This document shows, one piece after another, positions 1-9,560 of a stretch of 64,000 nucleotides of DNA (position 1 is its first letter; each line of letters begins with the position of its first letter). The translations under genes were made by a program, and so were the position numbers. Source of the stretch: Candidatus Poribacteria bacterium (GTDB lineage Bacteria; Poribacteria; WGA-4E; WGA-3G). A model generated the notes under the pieces. That model was not told the DNA's origin, searched no databases, and was given only the letters and a program-made list of their open reading frames with translations. Location: contig OZ219752.1 of NCBI GenBank assembly GCA_964291315.2, forward strand, positions 256,001 to 320,000, in the 5' to 3' direction.

Positions 1-1
1 C

Positions 2-29
2 TTGACAAAATAAGATATCTGTGTAAAAT
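2..29 (+). promoter_or_regulatory. sigma70-type promoter upstream of GH32 gene
   Basis: TTGACA-16 nt-TAAAAT. Confidence 0.6.
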
Positions 30-92
30 AGCATGCAAAGAGATAATAGCTATTATACCTCTTAACCCTCAATATCTGAAAGGAAATCGTTA

Positions 93-1442
93 ATGATTCA
101 AACAGTTTATCAAGAGGCGTATCGTCCGCAGTTCCATTTCACTGCTAAAACCAACTGGATTAACGATCCAAACGGTCTTGTTTACTATAAAGGGGAGTAT
201 CATCTCTTCTTTCAACACAATCCGGTCGGCATCGATTGGGGAAATATGACATGGGGGCATGCTATTAGTCGCGACCTCGTCCATTGGAAGCAACTTCCAC
301 ATGCCCTGCATCCTGATGAACTCGGCACAATCTTCTCCGGTTCGGCGGTTGTGGATTGGAAAAACACTGGCGGTTTCCAAACCGGTGATGAGGCAGTTCT
401 CGTTAACTTTTATACGTCTGCCGGCAGCCACGCCCCCAAAGAATTGCCCTTTACGCAGAGCATTGCTTATAGTAACGACCGCGGGCGAAGTTGGACAAAA
501 TACCAAAACAATCCTGTGCTTGACCATATTGTCGGCAGCAATCGTGACCCCAAGGTGATATGGCATGAACCGACGCAAAAATGGGTGATGGCGCTCTACC
601 TCGATCAAAATGATTACGTGCTATTCGGGTCGAGAAACCTTAAGGCATGGACTCCACTGTCCGAGGTTCAAATTCCGGATACAGAGTGCCCTGATATCTT
701 TGAACTTGCGGTTGATGCCGATCCAAATACTAGGAAATGGGTTTTCTGGGGAGCGGCAGGGCAATATTATGTGGGTGACTTTGACGGAACGACCTTCACG
801 CCGGAAGGTGATGCTCGGTGCGCCGACTACGGTGCTAATTTTTATGCGGCTCAAACGTGGAGCGATGTTCCGGAGTCGGATGGCAGATGTCTCCAAATTG
901 CTTGGATGAATGGCAGCAAACCACCGGACATGCCCTTTAATCAGCAGATGAGCTTCCCATGTGAGCTAACCCTTCGGACAACTTCAGATGGTATCCGACT
1001 CCATCGGGAACCGGTAGCGGAGATTGAAAATATCCACACCTATACGCACACATGGAGCAACATTGCCCTGAAGCCGAGTGAGAACCTGCTTTCTGGTTTA
1101 ACAGGCGAACTCTTCGATATCCGCGCTGAGATCGTACTAAACGATGCTGCAGCTGTTGGGTTCAACATTCGTGGAGAGGATGTTCGCTACGACGACGTGG
1201 CGACGCAACAACTTACATTTCTTGAAAGAAGCGGCCCACTTACACCGAAGAATGGAAAAATCAGTTTGCAGATTTTAGTCGATCGCATCTCTCTTGAGGC
1301 GTTCGGCAATGCTGGAGAGCTCTCTATGACCTCCTATTTCCTACCCGATCTGAACAACGCAGACATAGGGATTTATGCAGATGGGGGTACAGCAAGGCTG
1401 GTATCGCTAAAAGTACATGAATTAAGGTCATCGTGGGTGTAA
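93..1442 (+). CDS. glycoside hydrolase family 32 (levanase/beta-fructofuranosidase)
   Basis: WINDPNG, WGHA, FSGS, RDPKV and EC catalytic motifs; no signal peptide. Confidence 0.95.
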   Translation: MIQTVYQEAYRPQFHFTAKTNWINDPNGLVYYKGEYHLFFQHNPVGIDWGNMTWGHAISRDLVHWKQLPHALHPDELGTIFSGSAVVDWKNTGGFQTGDEAVLVNFYTSAGSHAPKELPFTQSIAYSNDRGRSWTKYQNNPVLDHIVGSNRDPKVIWHEPTQKWVMALYLDQNDYVLFGSRNLKAWTPLSEVQIPDTECPDIFELAVDADPNTRKWVFWGAAGQYYVGDFDGTTFTPEGDARCADYGANFYAAQTWSDVPESDGRCLQIAWMNGSKPPDMPFNQQMSFPCELTLRTTSDGIRLHREPVAEIENIHTYTHTWSNIALKPSENLLSGLTGELFDIRAEIVLNDAAAVGFNIRGEDVRYDDVATQQLTFLERSGPLTPKNGKISLQILVDRISLEAFGNAGELSMTSYFLPDLNNADIGIYADGGTARLVSLKVHELRSSWV

Positions 1443-1496
1443 CCGTATTATTTTACGAAAACTCTTTCTACGATAAACTAAAGGAGAGAGACACTC

Positions 1497-1769
1497 ATGC
1501 AGAGACACATAGCCAAACTGACGAAGCAGCGCATCAGCGACTTCTTTGTCAAAGAAGATGGGCATGTTGCCCATAAGAACGCGTTCGTCGCCGGCACTGT
1601 TGCAACTGGAGCAATCCTGGCATCACTCATGCTCACACCTGATGCAGCAGCATGCGATCAGGTTCAATGCGGCCGTTTCGAGACTTGTAGTGTGCCCAAG
1701 GAGATGTGTTGTGCTGAGCAGGTCAGCACTCATCATTGGGTGTACTGGTGTACTTCAGGAACTTGTTAA
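1497..1769 (+). CDS. small Cys-rich peptide precursor (leader + 7-Cys core)
   Basis: AAGGAG RBS; charged leader, hydrophobic stretch, AAA|C site, core with C..C..C..CC..C..C. Confidence 0.75.
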   Translation: MQRHIAKLTKQRISDFFVKEDGHVAHKNAFVAGTVATGAILASLMLTPDAAACDQVQCGRFETCSVPKEMCCAEQVSTHHWVYWCTSGTC

Positions 1770-2112
1770 AGGAGTAAGCCGTTTATAGATAGAAGGCTTC
1801 ATCGCAAGAAAAGCGAGGGCTTATGCATTACGTAGAGTCGTATTTGTATAGGTTTTCGCTTCTCTAACAAAACGCTGTGTCCCGTTGATTTTGACTGGTT
1901 TATGTACCCCAAGTTGCTACGTTGTTAGAATAGGTTTTGCTTTATTGAATCCCTTGTGGCAGATCAAACTTGTACCCTTGCAATCCAAAAGTATCGTAAA
2001 CTCTCATCTAATGTGAGTGTTGCAGGATATTTAGGAGATATCCGAAAAGGAGACTGCATAGATTTACAACCAGTCCTTGTTTTTCTAAGGACAAAACATG
2101 GAGATCTGATCA

Positions 2113-3195
2113 ATGTCACCCTTGCTCAAGTGTAAAAAAGCGATCGTTATTATTATCACTGTTTTCGTTTTTTTTTGGATACAAATAGAGGCATTTGCGG
2201 GTGCGGACTGGAAACGGATAACTGAGATGCCGACTGGGAGAAGCGGGTTCGCGGCGGCCGTCGTAGAGAATAAGGTGTATATCATCGGTGGAACACTCTT
2301 TAAAAATCCAGAAGGCCCCTATGGGAGTTCAACCCTTGAGGTGTATGATCCACAAAATCACACTTGGCGGCGCCTGATAGATATGCCAACCCCCCGTCAT
2401 GGTGCGAGATCCGCGGTTGTCAACGGCATCATCTATGTTTTTGGCGGGTATAGTTCAAAAGATAGATTAATTAAGAATTGGAAATTGCCGGTTCACACAG
2501 AGGCATACGATCCTCAAACTGATACTTGGGTCCAGAGAAAGGACATGCTGGTTTCTCGTATCAACTTTCGTCTCGGTGTGTTCGCTGACAAAGTCTATCT
2601 CATCGGCGGGACAACAGGCTTCGGTGAGGCCCATGAACAACGGATGGACCGAGTGGATGTCTATGATCCAAGCACCGATTCCTGGGCGAGGGGAACGAAC
2701 ATGCCGACCCGGCGGGATCCTCTGGCTGTGTCCGTTGTCAACAATCGAATGTATGTCATCGGTGGGCGCGGATGGCCTCAGGCTGTTGATGGTGGCCCTG
2801 TCCTGAAGGTGATTGAGGCATATAAACCGGTAGGTCGCCGGTGGACGCAGAAGCGGGATATGTTAGATGTAAAAAACGGGTTCGAGACGGTTGTTGTTAA
2901 GGATGAGATCTATCTGATTGGGGGGAGCTCTCAAGGTCGTTTTTTATCGACAGTGGATGTGTATAGTCCAGAGAAAGAGGCATGGCGAGAGAGTCCAGAA
3001 CTGCCAATACTTCTGAGTCCGTATGGTGCAGCGACGGTAAACGGAAGGATTTATGTTTTCGGTGGATATAATAGAGAACGTGGGCATATTCCAGATGTTC
3101 TGGTCTTTGATACGCGCTCTCGTGCCGTCGAAGCAAAGCACAAGCTCACTACACGCTGGGGGGAACTCAAAGGCAAACGTCCCGCAAAACCATAA
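2113..3195 (+). CDS. secreted Kelch-repeat beta-propeller protein
   Basis: signal peptide; six GG..Y(D)P....W Kelch repeats; C-terminal AVEAKHKLTTRWGELK tail. Confidence 0.92.
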   Translation: MSPLLKCKKAIVIIITVFVFFWIQIEAFAGADWKRITEMPTGRSGFAAAVVENKVYIIGGTLFKNPEGPYGSSTLEVYDPQNHTWRRLIDMPTPRHGARSAVVNGIIYVFGGYSSKDRLIKNWKLPVHTEAYDPQTDTWVQRKDMLVSRINFRLGVFADKVYLIGGTTGFGEAHEQRMDRVDVYDPSTDSWARGTNMPTRRDPLAVSVVNNRMYVIGGRGWPQAVDGGPVLKVIEAYKPVGRRWTQKRDMLDVKNGFETVVVKDEIYLIGGSSQGRFLSTVDVYSPEKEAWRESPELPILLSPYGAATVNGRIYVFGGYNRERGHIPDVLVFDTRSRAVEAKHKLTTRWGELKGKRPAKP

Positions 3196-3610
3196 AGCGA
3201 CACCTCGGTCATCAGTGCTGAGCGTGATGCCGTTCTCTGCGATTCAACCTCTCAGTACCTCCGCAGTAGCGACAGTAGCGTAGGCACGCAGCAACAGAAA
3301 CTTTCCCTGATATAGACTCATGTATCTGAGTTCTCGGCAGCGTTTGGATTTCGAGACACCTAAGACAGTTAGGATTTGATGCGGGCTGTATAGTCCAAAG
3401 AGATGCCTTGTTGAAAACAAAAGCGAGATTTCGCAGAGCTTGGAGGCACATCGCGAGATACCGCCTATAAAATTGATTGAAAAAAAATCTCGTACCTGAT
3501 AACATCTCCTCACAACTCTGAGGAATGTTAAATAATTATCGGTCGGCTCTAGCGGTAGCAAGTTTATGTGCTTGGTGCCAGTGATTCCCTAACCCTCCGC
3601 CCAAAATCGC

Positions 3611-4021
3611 TTAAGAATAGACTGTGGCCGTGAGGTTACGCCTGCCACCCCGATTTCGGAACTCACATAGGTAGATGCCCTGCCATACGCCTAAATTGAG
3701 GCGATGGTCAGTAATCGGAACCGAGACATTAAAGCCCACGAGTGAGGCTTTAATGTGTGCCGGCATATCGTCGTCACCTTCTATCGTGTGTTGATAGAAC
3801 GGTTCACGTTCCTTGACAAGCCGGTCGAAACTGTTCGCAAAATCTTCGCGGACCGTCGGATCGTCATTCTCGTTGATGGTTAATCCAGCTGAGGTATGCT
3901 TAAGAAAAAGATGCAGGATGCCTTCTTTTGGCAGGGCACCGAGTGGTTTCAGAATTTCATCTGTAACGAGATGAAAGCCACGTGGATATTCAGGCAAGGT
4001 TATTTCTATTTGTTGAATCAT
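3611..4021 (-). CDS. yjbQ: YjbQ/UPF0047 secondary thiamine-phosphate synthase family
   Basis: HTSAGLTINEN, DDMPAHIK, LGVWQGIYLCEF motifs. Confidence 0.93.
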   Translation of the reverse strand: MIQQIEITLPEYPRGFHLVTDEILKPLGALPKEGILHLFLKHTSAGLTINENDDPTVREDFANSFDRLVKEREPFYQHTIEGDDDMPAHIKASLVGFNVSVPITDHRLNLGVWQGIYLCEFRNRGGRRNLTATVYS

Positions 4022-4087
4022 TTCTCAGTCTGCTCCTCATTTTGGTGATTGATCCTATGGTGAATTATAAAAACATAGCCTTTTCTT

Positions 4088-4112
4088 GTAGGAGAGATTT
4101 CAAATCTCAATT
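4088..4112 (+). repeat. REP-like palindrome (GTAGG..GATTTC(C)AAATC family)
   Basis: GTAGGAGAGATTTCAAATCTC; related copies at 21548, 21695, 59974. Confidence 0.5.
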
Positions 4113-4239
4113 TCTTCTCCGGCTCGCGATGTCCTGACCCAAAAATTAGATGGACATGGTACTAAGGCGATTGTTACATGGAAAACTCTTAACTAATAGC
4201 TGATAACTAACAACTGAAAACTATGAAAAAGGAGTCTTT

Positions 4240-5034
4240 ATGGAGATTATCTGTGCTTCTATCTGTTACCGGGGCTACGCCGAAGACGAAGTAGCCGCAA
4301 CTTTGGCGTATGCCCCCCAGATCGGCTATCGTCACATGGAAATTCATGGACCTCTAATCTGGAGTGTGGAGGCCGCGCTCGCATTTGATATAGACGGTAT
4401 GAAGACGAAAATTGATGCCTCTGGGATGCAGTGTGCCGGACTCTATCCGCCGGGATGGGGTGGACAAAACAACATCGATGTTGAGGCACGTGCAGGGGCA
4501 ATCGCCAGATGCGTTGAAATTGCCGAAGGGCTGGGCGCGACCCATCTCACGACAAGCGGGGCACAACCTAGAACAGAATCCGGAGCGCTGGACAGAGTCA
4601 TTGCTTGTGTCCAGGAGGTGTTGCAACGCATACCTGAGGAGTGTCAAATCAGGCTAACGCTCGAACCACACCACGGGAATGTTCTTGAACACCGCTCAGA
4701 TTTCCAATCGGTTTTAGATGCGATTCCAGACGAACGAGTCGGGGTCTGTATAGATACAGGGCATTTCCATTCATCTGGTGTCGATACGCTTGCCGCAATT
4801 CGCCAATTCGCATCCCGTCTATATGCAGTGCATCTCAAAGACCATCTTGGTCCCGTGTCTGTCGGCATTGGACGTGGAAATCTCGATCTCAAAGAGATTA
4901 TTGAGACCCTCCAAGAGGTAGACTACCAAGGCGATTTGACTTTGGAATTGGAAGTTGAAGATCCAGAAAATCTACCTCGCTATACTGAAGAAGCTTACTT
5001 CTATCTGAAAGGGATGCTCGGTCTACCCCTATAG
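4240..5034 (+). CDS. sugar phosphate isomerase/epimerase (xylose-isomerase-like TIM barrel)
   Basis: LEPH, DTGH, HLKD, LELE metal-binding motifs. Confidence 0.9.
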   Translation: MEIICASICYRGYAEDEVAATLAYAPQIGYRHMEIHGPLIWSVEAALAFDIDGMKTKIDASGMQCAGLYPPGWGGQNNIDVEARAGAIARCVEIAEGLGATHLTTSGAQPRTESGALDRVIACVQEVLQRIPEECQIRLTLEPHHGNVLEHRSDFQSVLDAIPDERVGVCIDTGHFHSSGVDTLAAIRQFASRLYAVHLKDHLGPVSVGIGRGNLDLKEIIETLQEVDYQGDLTLELEVEDPENLPRYTEEAYFYLKGMLGLPL

Positions 5035-5133
5035 TTCCCACGTTTTGATGGAATCATCAATACCGAAATTGGCAGGCATCTCGTTTATGTCGTAGTGCAC
5101 TGAACCGCGTTGAAAACCGAATCAGCAGGGATA

Positions 5134-5865
5134 TTAACCACGTCCGACGTAGAGCTGCCCCATGGGTAAAACGGTTGCCTCTAGCATATTGATGTTCGGT
5201 GGGAGAGTTGCCATCAGAACAGCTGCTTGCGCCAGATCGTCAACGTCCATCATAGGCTCCATTGGTGGCTCTGGGCGACTTTGGTGGCGCTCTACATAAG
5301 TGTTGCCGGGTTGCAAACAGCTGGCTGTGATCCCGAAAGGTCTACCTTCTAATGCTGTTACCTGCGTCAAGCCCCAGATACCGGACTTGCTTGCACTGTA
5401 AGGTGCCGTCCGGGGGCGAACCCGATGTGCAGAGATACTCCCGACATTGATGATGCGTCCTCCTTCACCTTGCTCCTTCATAATTGCGAATGCCTCGCGG
5501 GTGCAAATGAACGGAGCTCGGAGATTCACATTGATGACCCAGTCCCAGTCCTCTATTGCAAGCTCACCTATGGGGCCTCCATTAAATGCCCCTGCGTTGT
5601 TGACGAGGATGTCCAAGCGCCCGTATTCATTCATCGATTTTTCAAAGAGTGTTTTAATCTGTGCCTCGTCCGTTACATCTGTTGGAACGGTTAGCACCTT
5701 TGTGCCGTTGGCTCGAAATTCGTCAGCCGTTTCTGCTAGGAGTTTGGCATCTCTTGCAGCGATCGTTAGCGTAGCGCCTTCTGCCGCAAGTCCTCTTGCA
5801 ATCCCTCTTCCGATTCCGCGATTTCCACCTGTTACAATCGCAAATTTTCCATCTAATTGTCCCAT
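5134..5865 (-). CDS. short-chain dehydrogenase/reductase
   Basis: TGGNRGIG, NNAG, YSASK motifs. Confidence 0.95.
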   Translation of the reverse strand: MGQLDGKFAIVTGGNRGIGRGIARGLAAEGATLTIAARDAKLLAETADEFRANGTKVLTVPTDVTDEAQIKTLFEKSMNEYGRLDILVNNAGAFNGGPIGELAIEDWDWVINVNLRAPFICTREAFAIMKEQGEGGRIINVGSISAHRVRPRTAPYSASKSGIWGLTQVTALEGRPFGITASCLQPGNTYVERHQSRPEPPMEPMMDVDDLAQAAVLMATLPPNINMLEATVLPMGQLYVGRG

Positions 5866-5914
5866 TGTTTCTCCTGCTCTTTTGAGCCTGTCGCTCAGAG
5901 TGCGAGTTTGTGAT

Positions 5915-6604
5915 CTATGAAAATAATTCTGTCAATACAGATTCTGTTCTGACTGCCTGCACCGTCCCGTTCGCGAATCGCATCGCCGACAAATGTGCAT
6001 ACAGAAAGTCCAGATCTTCAACTGTATCTATATCATACCATGGAGGTAGTAAGCCAACGCTTGCTTTTGCCGAACGTATGCGTGTCATTGTCTGTTGAAA
6101 AACGTCTGCTGTACTCCAAGGAATGTCCTCAAATACAAGCGGCACAGTCGTTGTTACATTCGCTGCAGAAAATCCTATGAGGTAATAGCCTCCATCTGTG
6201 CTCGGTCCAATGACGACATCGCGCCAGTCAAGTTGTGTAAGTGCTTGTGAAATATATGAAATAGGTAGCGTCGGACTGTCAGACCCGACGAGTAAAATTT
6301 TCGTATATCTGTGTTCAGCTGCCCACTGTGTCGCTGAAGCGAGTCTGTTTCCAAGCCCCGTTCCTGTCTGCGCTATATAGATAGGACCTTCTCCGATTAA
6401 CACTCGTAAATCCGATTCTGCTTCTGGTGGGGTATATGCAACGATTAAATCCACATCAGAGAGTTTCTTGATGATTTCACACCAATCTGTGAGGAATGCC
6501 GTGTACAATGTCGCCGCTTGCTCGGGTGACAGTGTTGGAACAAGCCGCGTCTTAACCTGATTCGGCACCGGGTTTTTAGCAAAAACAGTCACGCACATCT
6601 TCAC
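5915..6604 (-). CDS. TIGR04282/DUF2064-family glycosyltransferase (CofC-like)
   Basis: FAKNP..VKTRL, GSDSP, GPSTDGGYYLIG, WYDIDT motifs. Confidence 0.88.
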   Translation of the reverse strand: MKMCVTVFAKNPVPNQVKTRLVPTLSPEQAATLYTAFLTDWCEIIKKLSDVDLIVAYTPPEAESDLRVLIGEGPIYIAQTGTGLGNRLASATQWAAEHRYTKILLVGSDSPTLPISYISQALTQLDWRDVVIGPSTDGGYYLIGFSAANVTTTVPLVFEDIPWSTADVFQQTMTRIRSAKASVGLLPPWYDIDTVEDLDFLYAHLSAMRFANGTVQAVRTESVLTELFS

Positions 6605-7332
6605 CGATTAAGTTCCTTGTTTGGCATAAAGGGTAGAGAGAGTTGATGCGGAGTCGGTTCGTCGGTTGAAAGAAGTTGGATTTCATCTGTTATAATCTTT
6701 AAATAGCGGTCTCGGTCTTGAAATATTCGTTCATCAACCCATCCATTTTTGGACAATGAAACAAATAGAGCAGCTGCGCGCGCTTGGCAATTGATTCCGC
6801 GCTTTGGGTTGAAAACGATGTCTGAAAAGCCCTGATATGCTTCGAGTTTTTTCACCAGGTCTCTCTCGTTCTGGTGGAGTGCCTTCATATACAACCAGTC
6901 ATAGAAGGCTGTTTTAGGTTCAGTCGGGAATTCTTCGCCACAGAGATCGAAAGCGATGAGTTCTCCTGAATTCCGTAGTCGCTCGTCGGTTTTTGCTGCT
7001 CGACTGGACACGGAGTAAAGCTCATGATAGGGGCCTCCATTTTTAAACACCTTGCTTCCTTGATAGGCACACTCTACGGTTGTCTTCTGGCCCTCCGGTA
7101 TTTCTAGTTGCAGATTAAAAGCACTCAGTGAAACACCCAATTCTAATCTGGATTTACCTGAAATTTCCAAAATAGGGCTGATACTGTATTTTTTGGCGGC
7201 TTCATGTAAGGAATCAATGGATTTTTGCAGTTGAGATTTTGCGAAGCCTGGATACCATTTAAACGTTAAGTCTATTTCATCAACATACGGGAATCCATTG
7301 AGGTTGGACGTGAAAATAGGGCGTTTTGCCAT
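6601..7332 (-). CDS. DarT1-associated NADAR antitoxin (DarG1-like ADP-ribosyl hydrolase)
   Basis: MAKRPIF start, LEISGKS, LSAFNL, ECAYQGSKVF, FYDWLY, FSDIVFNP, NCQARA; lies downstream of DarT. Confidence 0.88.
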   Translation of the reverse strand: MAKRPIFTSNLNGFPYVDEIDLTFKWYPGFAKSQLQKSIDSLHEAAKKYSISPILEISGKSRLELGVSLSAFNLQLEIPEGQKTTVECAYQGSKVFKNGGPYHELYSVSSRAAKTDERLRNSGELIAFDLCGEEFPTEPKTAFYDWLYMKALHQNERDLVKKLEAYQGFSDIVFNPKRGINCQARAAALFVSLSKNGWVDERIFQDRDRYLKIITDEIQLLSTDEPTPHQLSLPFMPNKELNR

Positions 7333-7456
7333 TGTGCTCTGCTCCTAAAACAGTGTGGTACTGATATCTACAGGGAACTTGATCTTACTCATTAACAACG
7401 CACACAATAGAATAAAAAGGTGAGCAGTTTAATGACTTACTCAGGTCGGTTGAGAG

Positions 7457-7642
7457 TTATAGGTTTTTATCTTGGACATATAGGAGTAATCCAGTGTAAA
7501 AACCAAGTGCTGCGAGTTGTAGTCCTATAGCGATCGCGATTATTTGTGATCCTGCTTCTTGAATGAGAAAGAGGACTAGGAGTGATGTTGCCGCTAATAG
7601 CATGACGTTCGCTATTGCCATTAGATGTGTTGCTTTCAACAT
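7457..7642 (-). CDS. small two-TM membrane protein
   Basis: AAGGAGA RBS; two hydrophobic helices in 61 aa. Confidence 0.6.
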   Translation of the reverse strand: MLKATHLMAIANVMLLAATSLLVLFLIQEAGSQIIAIAIGLQLAALGFYTGLLLYVQDKNL

Positions 7643-7709
7643 GATTGTCTCCTTAGTTGCGTGCTGTTAGGATAAGGCAACACACCCCACCCCCCAACAC
7701 AATAGATTA

Positions 7710-8010
7710 TTACCTGTATGTCTGCCGTGAGAGGTGCAGGTCGCCCATCACTGCAGACATGAATTCGCTATGGCTCCGCGGATCTGTGTAGACGGCTTGT
7801 TTCCCCAGGCTTACCTCCTAGGTTCCCGATGAAGATATAGGAGAGTCCGTACTCACTAGCCCTCGTCCTGAGACGGGGCATATTCAGCTCAGGTCTATAC
7901 CTTGAGTAAGGTCTAGACCTCACGTCTACGAGGTATTGTACCCCTTTGTTCTTGAGGGTTGTTAGCATATCCTCAGGGTTACTGTTCCCATAACCGATTG
8001 TGTAAATCAT
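7710..8010 (-). pseudogene. DUF488-family gene, frameshifted/truncated
   Basis: IYTIGYG, LVDVRSRPYSR, LGG motifs; frame ends after 80 aa; alternative frame after the GGGGAAA run reads AVYTD..SEFMSAV and stops at 7710. Confidence 0.7.
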
Positions 8011-8067
8011 CTAAGGTTCTCCTTGTTAGAGGGCAGGGCATACACCCCACCCCCTCATTTATTACAA

Positions 8068-9456
8068 TTACAACCTTGGCTCATCTTGCCACGTTTCATC
8101 TATCGGATGATAGATGTCATCAGTTTCCCAGAATCCGAGGAGGTTATAGAGATCGCATAACCCGAAATCCTCCCTCAGCTCATGGTTCGCTGAGGCAGCC
8201 ATCCAAAGGGCTGCTGACCTTGCTTGGCAAGCCACCCCTCCTTTCGTGAACTTGAAGAAGAGGTCTGTGAATCCTTCGGCTGGAGAGAGCATTACATCAT
8301 TCTCTATCAGAGCTTTGATGTATATCCAGTCAAAGAATAATGTTTTAGGCCAGGTTGGGATCTCCTGGCCTTTGTAGTTGAACCCTATAAGTTTCCCGGA
8401 GCTTCTTAGACGCTTATCTGTCTTTGCGTTTCTAGGACTCATTTTATAGAGTTCGTGATAAGGTCCCCCATTCTTGAACACCTTACTGCCCTGGTATAGG
8501 CATTCGATGGGTATCCCTTTCAGTTTTAGGTTGAAGGCACTGAGTGCCCTCCATCTTTGTAACGACGACGCTGTGCTAATCTCATAAATAGGGGTGGGCA
8601 GCCCCATCTCGCTCGCAGCAGCGTGTATTGCCCTGACGTTCTCACTATTAGTGCTCCGCCACGCGAATCGGACGGGCACTGTTTTTACGTATCCACACTC
8701 GTAATCAGGGATAAAAACGGGAAGCACGGCTGGAACTACGTCACTAGTTGGGGCGTATGAAAGAGGTATACCATTGGCATCAAGATTTTCACTCTTCCAT
8801 ATACTATAATCAGATCTGGAATCGAAATATTGCCGGGAAATTTTATAATTGGAACTAGTTCTGATGGGCATCAATCTTTCTTGAGCAGCAGCATCCCAAT
8901 AGTGGATTTCCTTAATATATTGTACTGGTATTGGATTAAAAACCAGTACCTCTGCTTGCGGATGTGTTGGATAATTTTGGGGTATTGACAAATCTTGATG
9001 CCTTATACCATAGAAATCTTCAAACAGATCTTTCAATGCTTCGGGTCTTTTTCTATTTTCCAATGGAACGTTGTTAACGCGCCGGCTTGCAGCATTTTCC
9101 TTGCAAAAGGCACACTCAAATTCCCACAACACTTTTGCATCAAGCAAGAGAACAACCCATTGGGCATATTCGACTCCTTCCCAATCTTTTCTAAGCTTAT
9201 AAAACATTTTGTAATTTGGAAAACTAATGCTTAGACAGACCGCGTCCGTATTGTTATCGGCTCGATCGGGATCATTGAACAAAAAATTTCTTCTATCTGC
9301 TTCCAAAGCACTCCGCGACAGCAAGCCATCTTGTAAGATACTCGGTAAGTTTTCAATTCGAGTAAAGTGGCAAAGCGTTGTTATCTCTTTTTCTTCACAA
9401 ATTTGTTGTATCTGCCGTGCTCTCCAATTTTGTTCATAGAAATTTAACATCGGCAT
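8068..9456 (-). CDS. DarT (DUF4433) DNA ADP-ribosyltransferase fused to a C-terminal NADAR domain
   Basis: N-half: HFTRIENLPSIL..GLLSR, CLSISFPNYKMFY, QAEVLV; C-half: LSAFNL, ECLYQGSKVFKNGGPY, FFDWIY, CQARSA, homologous to 6601..7332. Confidence 0.88.
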   Translation of the reverse strand: MPMLNFYEQNWRARQIQQICEEKEITTLCHFTRIENLPSILQDGLLSRSALEADRRNFLFNDPDRADNNTDAVCLSISFPNYKMFYKLRKDWEGVEYAQWVVLLLDAKVLWEFECAFCKENAASRRVNNVPLENRKRPEALKDLFEDFYGIRHQDLSIPQNYPTHPQAEVLVFNPIPVQYIKEIHYWDAAAQERLMPIRTSSNYKISRQYFDSRSDYSIWKSENLDANGIPLSYAPTSDVVPAVLPVFIPDYECGYVKTVPVRFAWRSTNSENVRAIHAAASEMGLPTPIYEISTASSLQRWRALSAFNLKLKGIPIECLYQGSKVFKNGGPYHELYKMSPRNAKTDKRLRSSGKLIGFNYKGQEIPTWPKTLFFDWIYIKALIENDVMLSPAEGFTDLFFKFTKGGVACQARSAALWMAASANHELREDFGLCDLYNLLGFWETDDIYHPIDETWQDEPRL

Positions 9457-9560
9457 GCTTCCTTATCTAAAATTGAGTTTGGAAAAGTATACTGCATTTC
9501 AAAAATAAATCAACACCTTTTTATGTCAAAGAATCAGTGGATAACTGATATTACTCGCTG

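Noticed and set aside
3212-3561. Two overlapping ~100 aa minus-strand ORFs
   Set aside because: No RBS or recognisable motif; possibly decayed DNA, but no call can be supported.
4130-4156. IS3-like terminal sequence, with similar ends at ~22585-22705
   Set aside because: Only weak inverted-repeat identity, with no transposase or target duplication.
4190-4222. Degenerate heptamer run (AACTAAT AGCTGAT AACTAAC AACTGAA), with similar runs near 33220 and 60800
   Set aside because: Short and degenerate; probably generic intergenic repeats.
7345-7392. Mini-ORF MSKIKFPVDISTTLF just upstream of NADAR, perhaps the old 3' end of a displaced gene
   Set aside because: Too short to establish homology.
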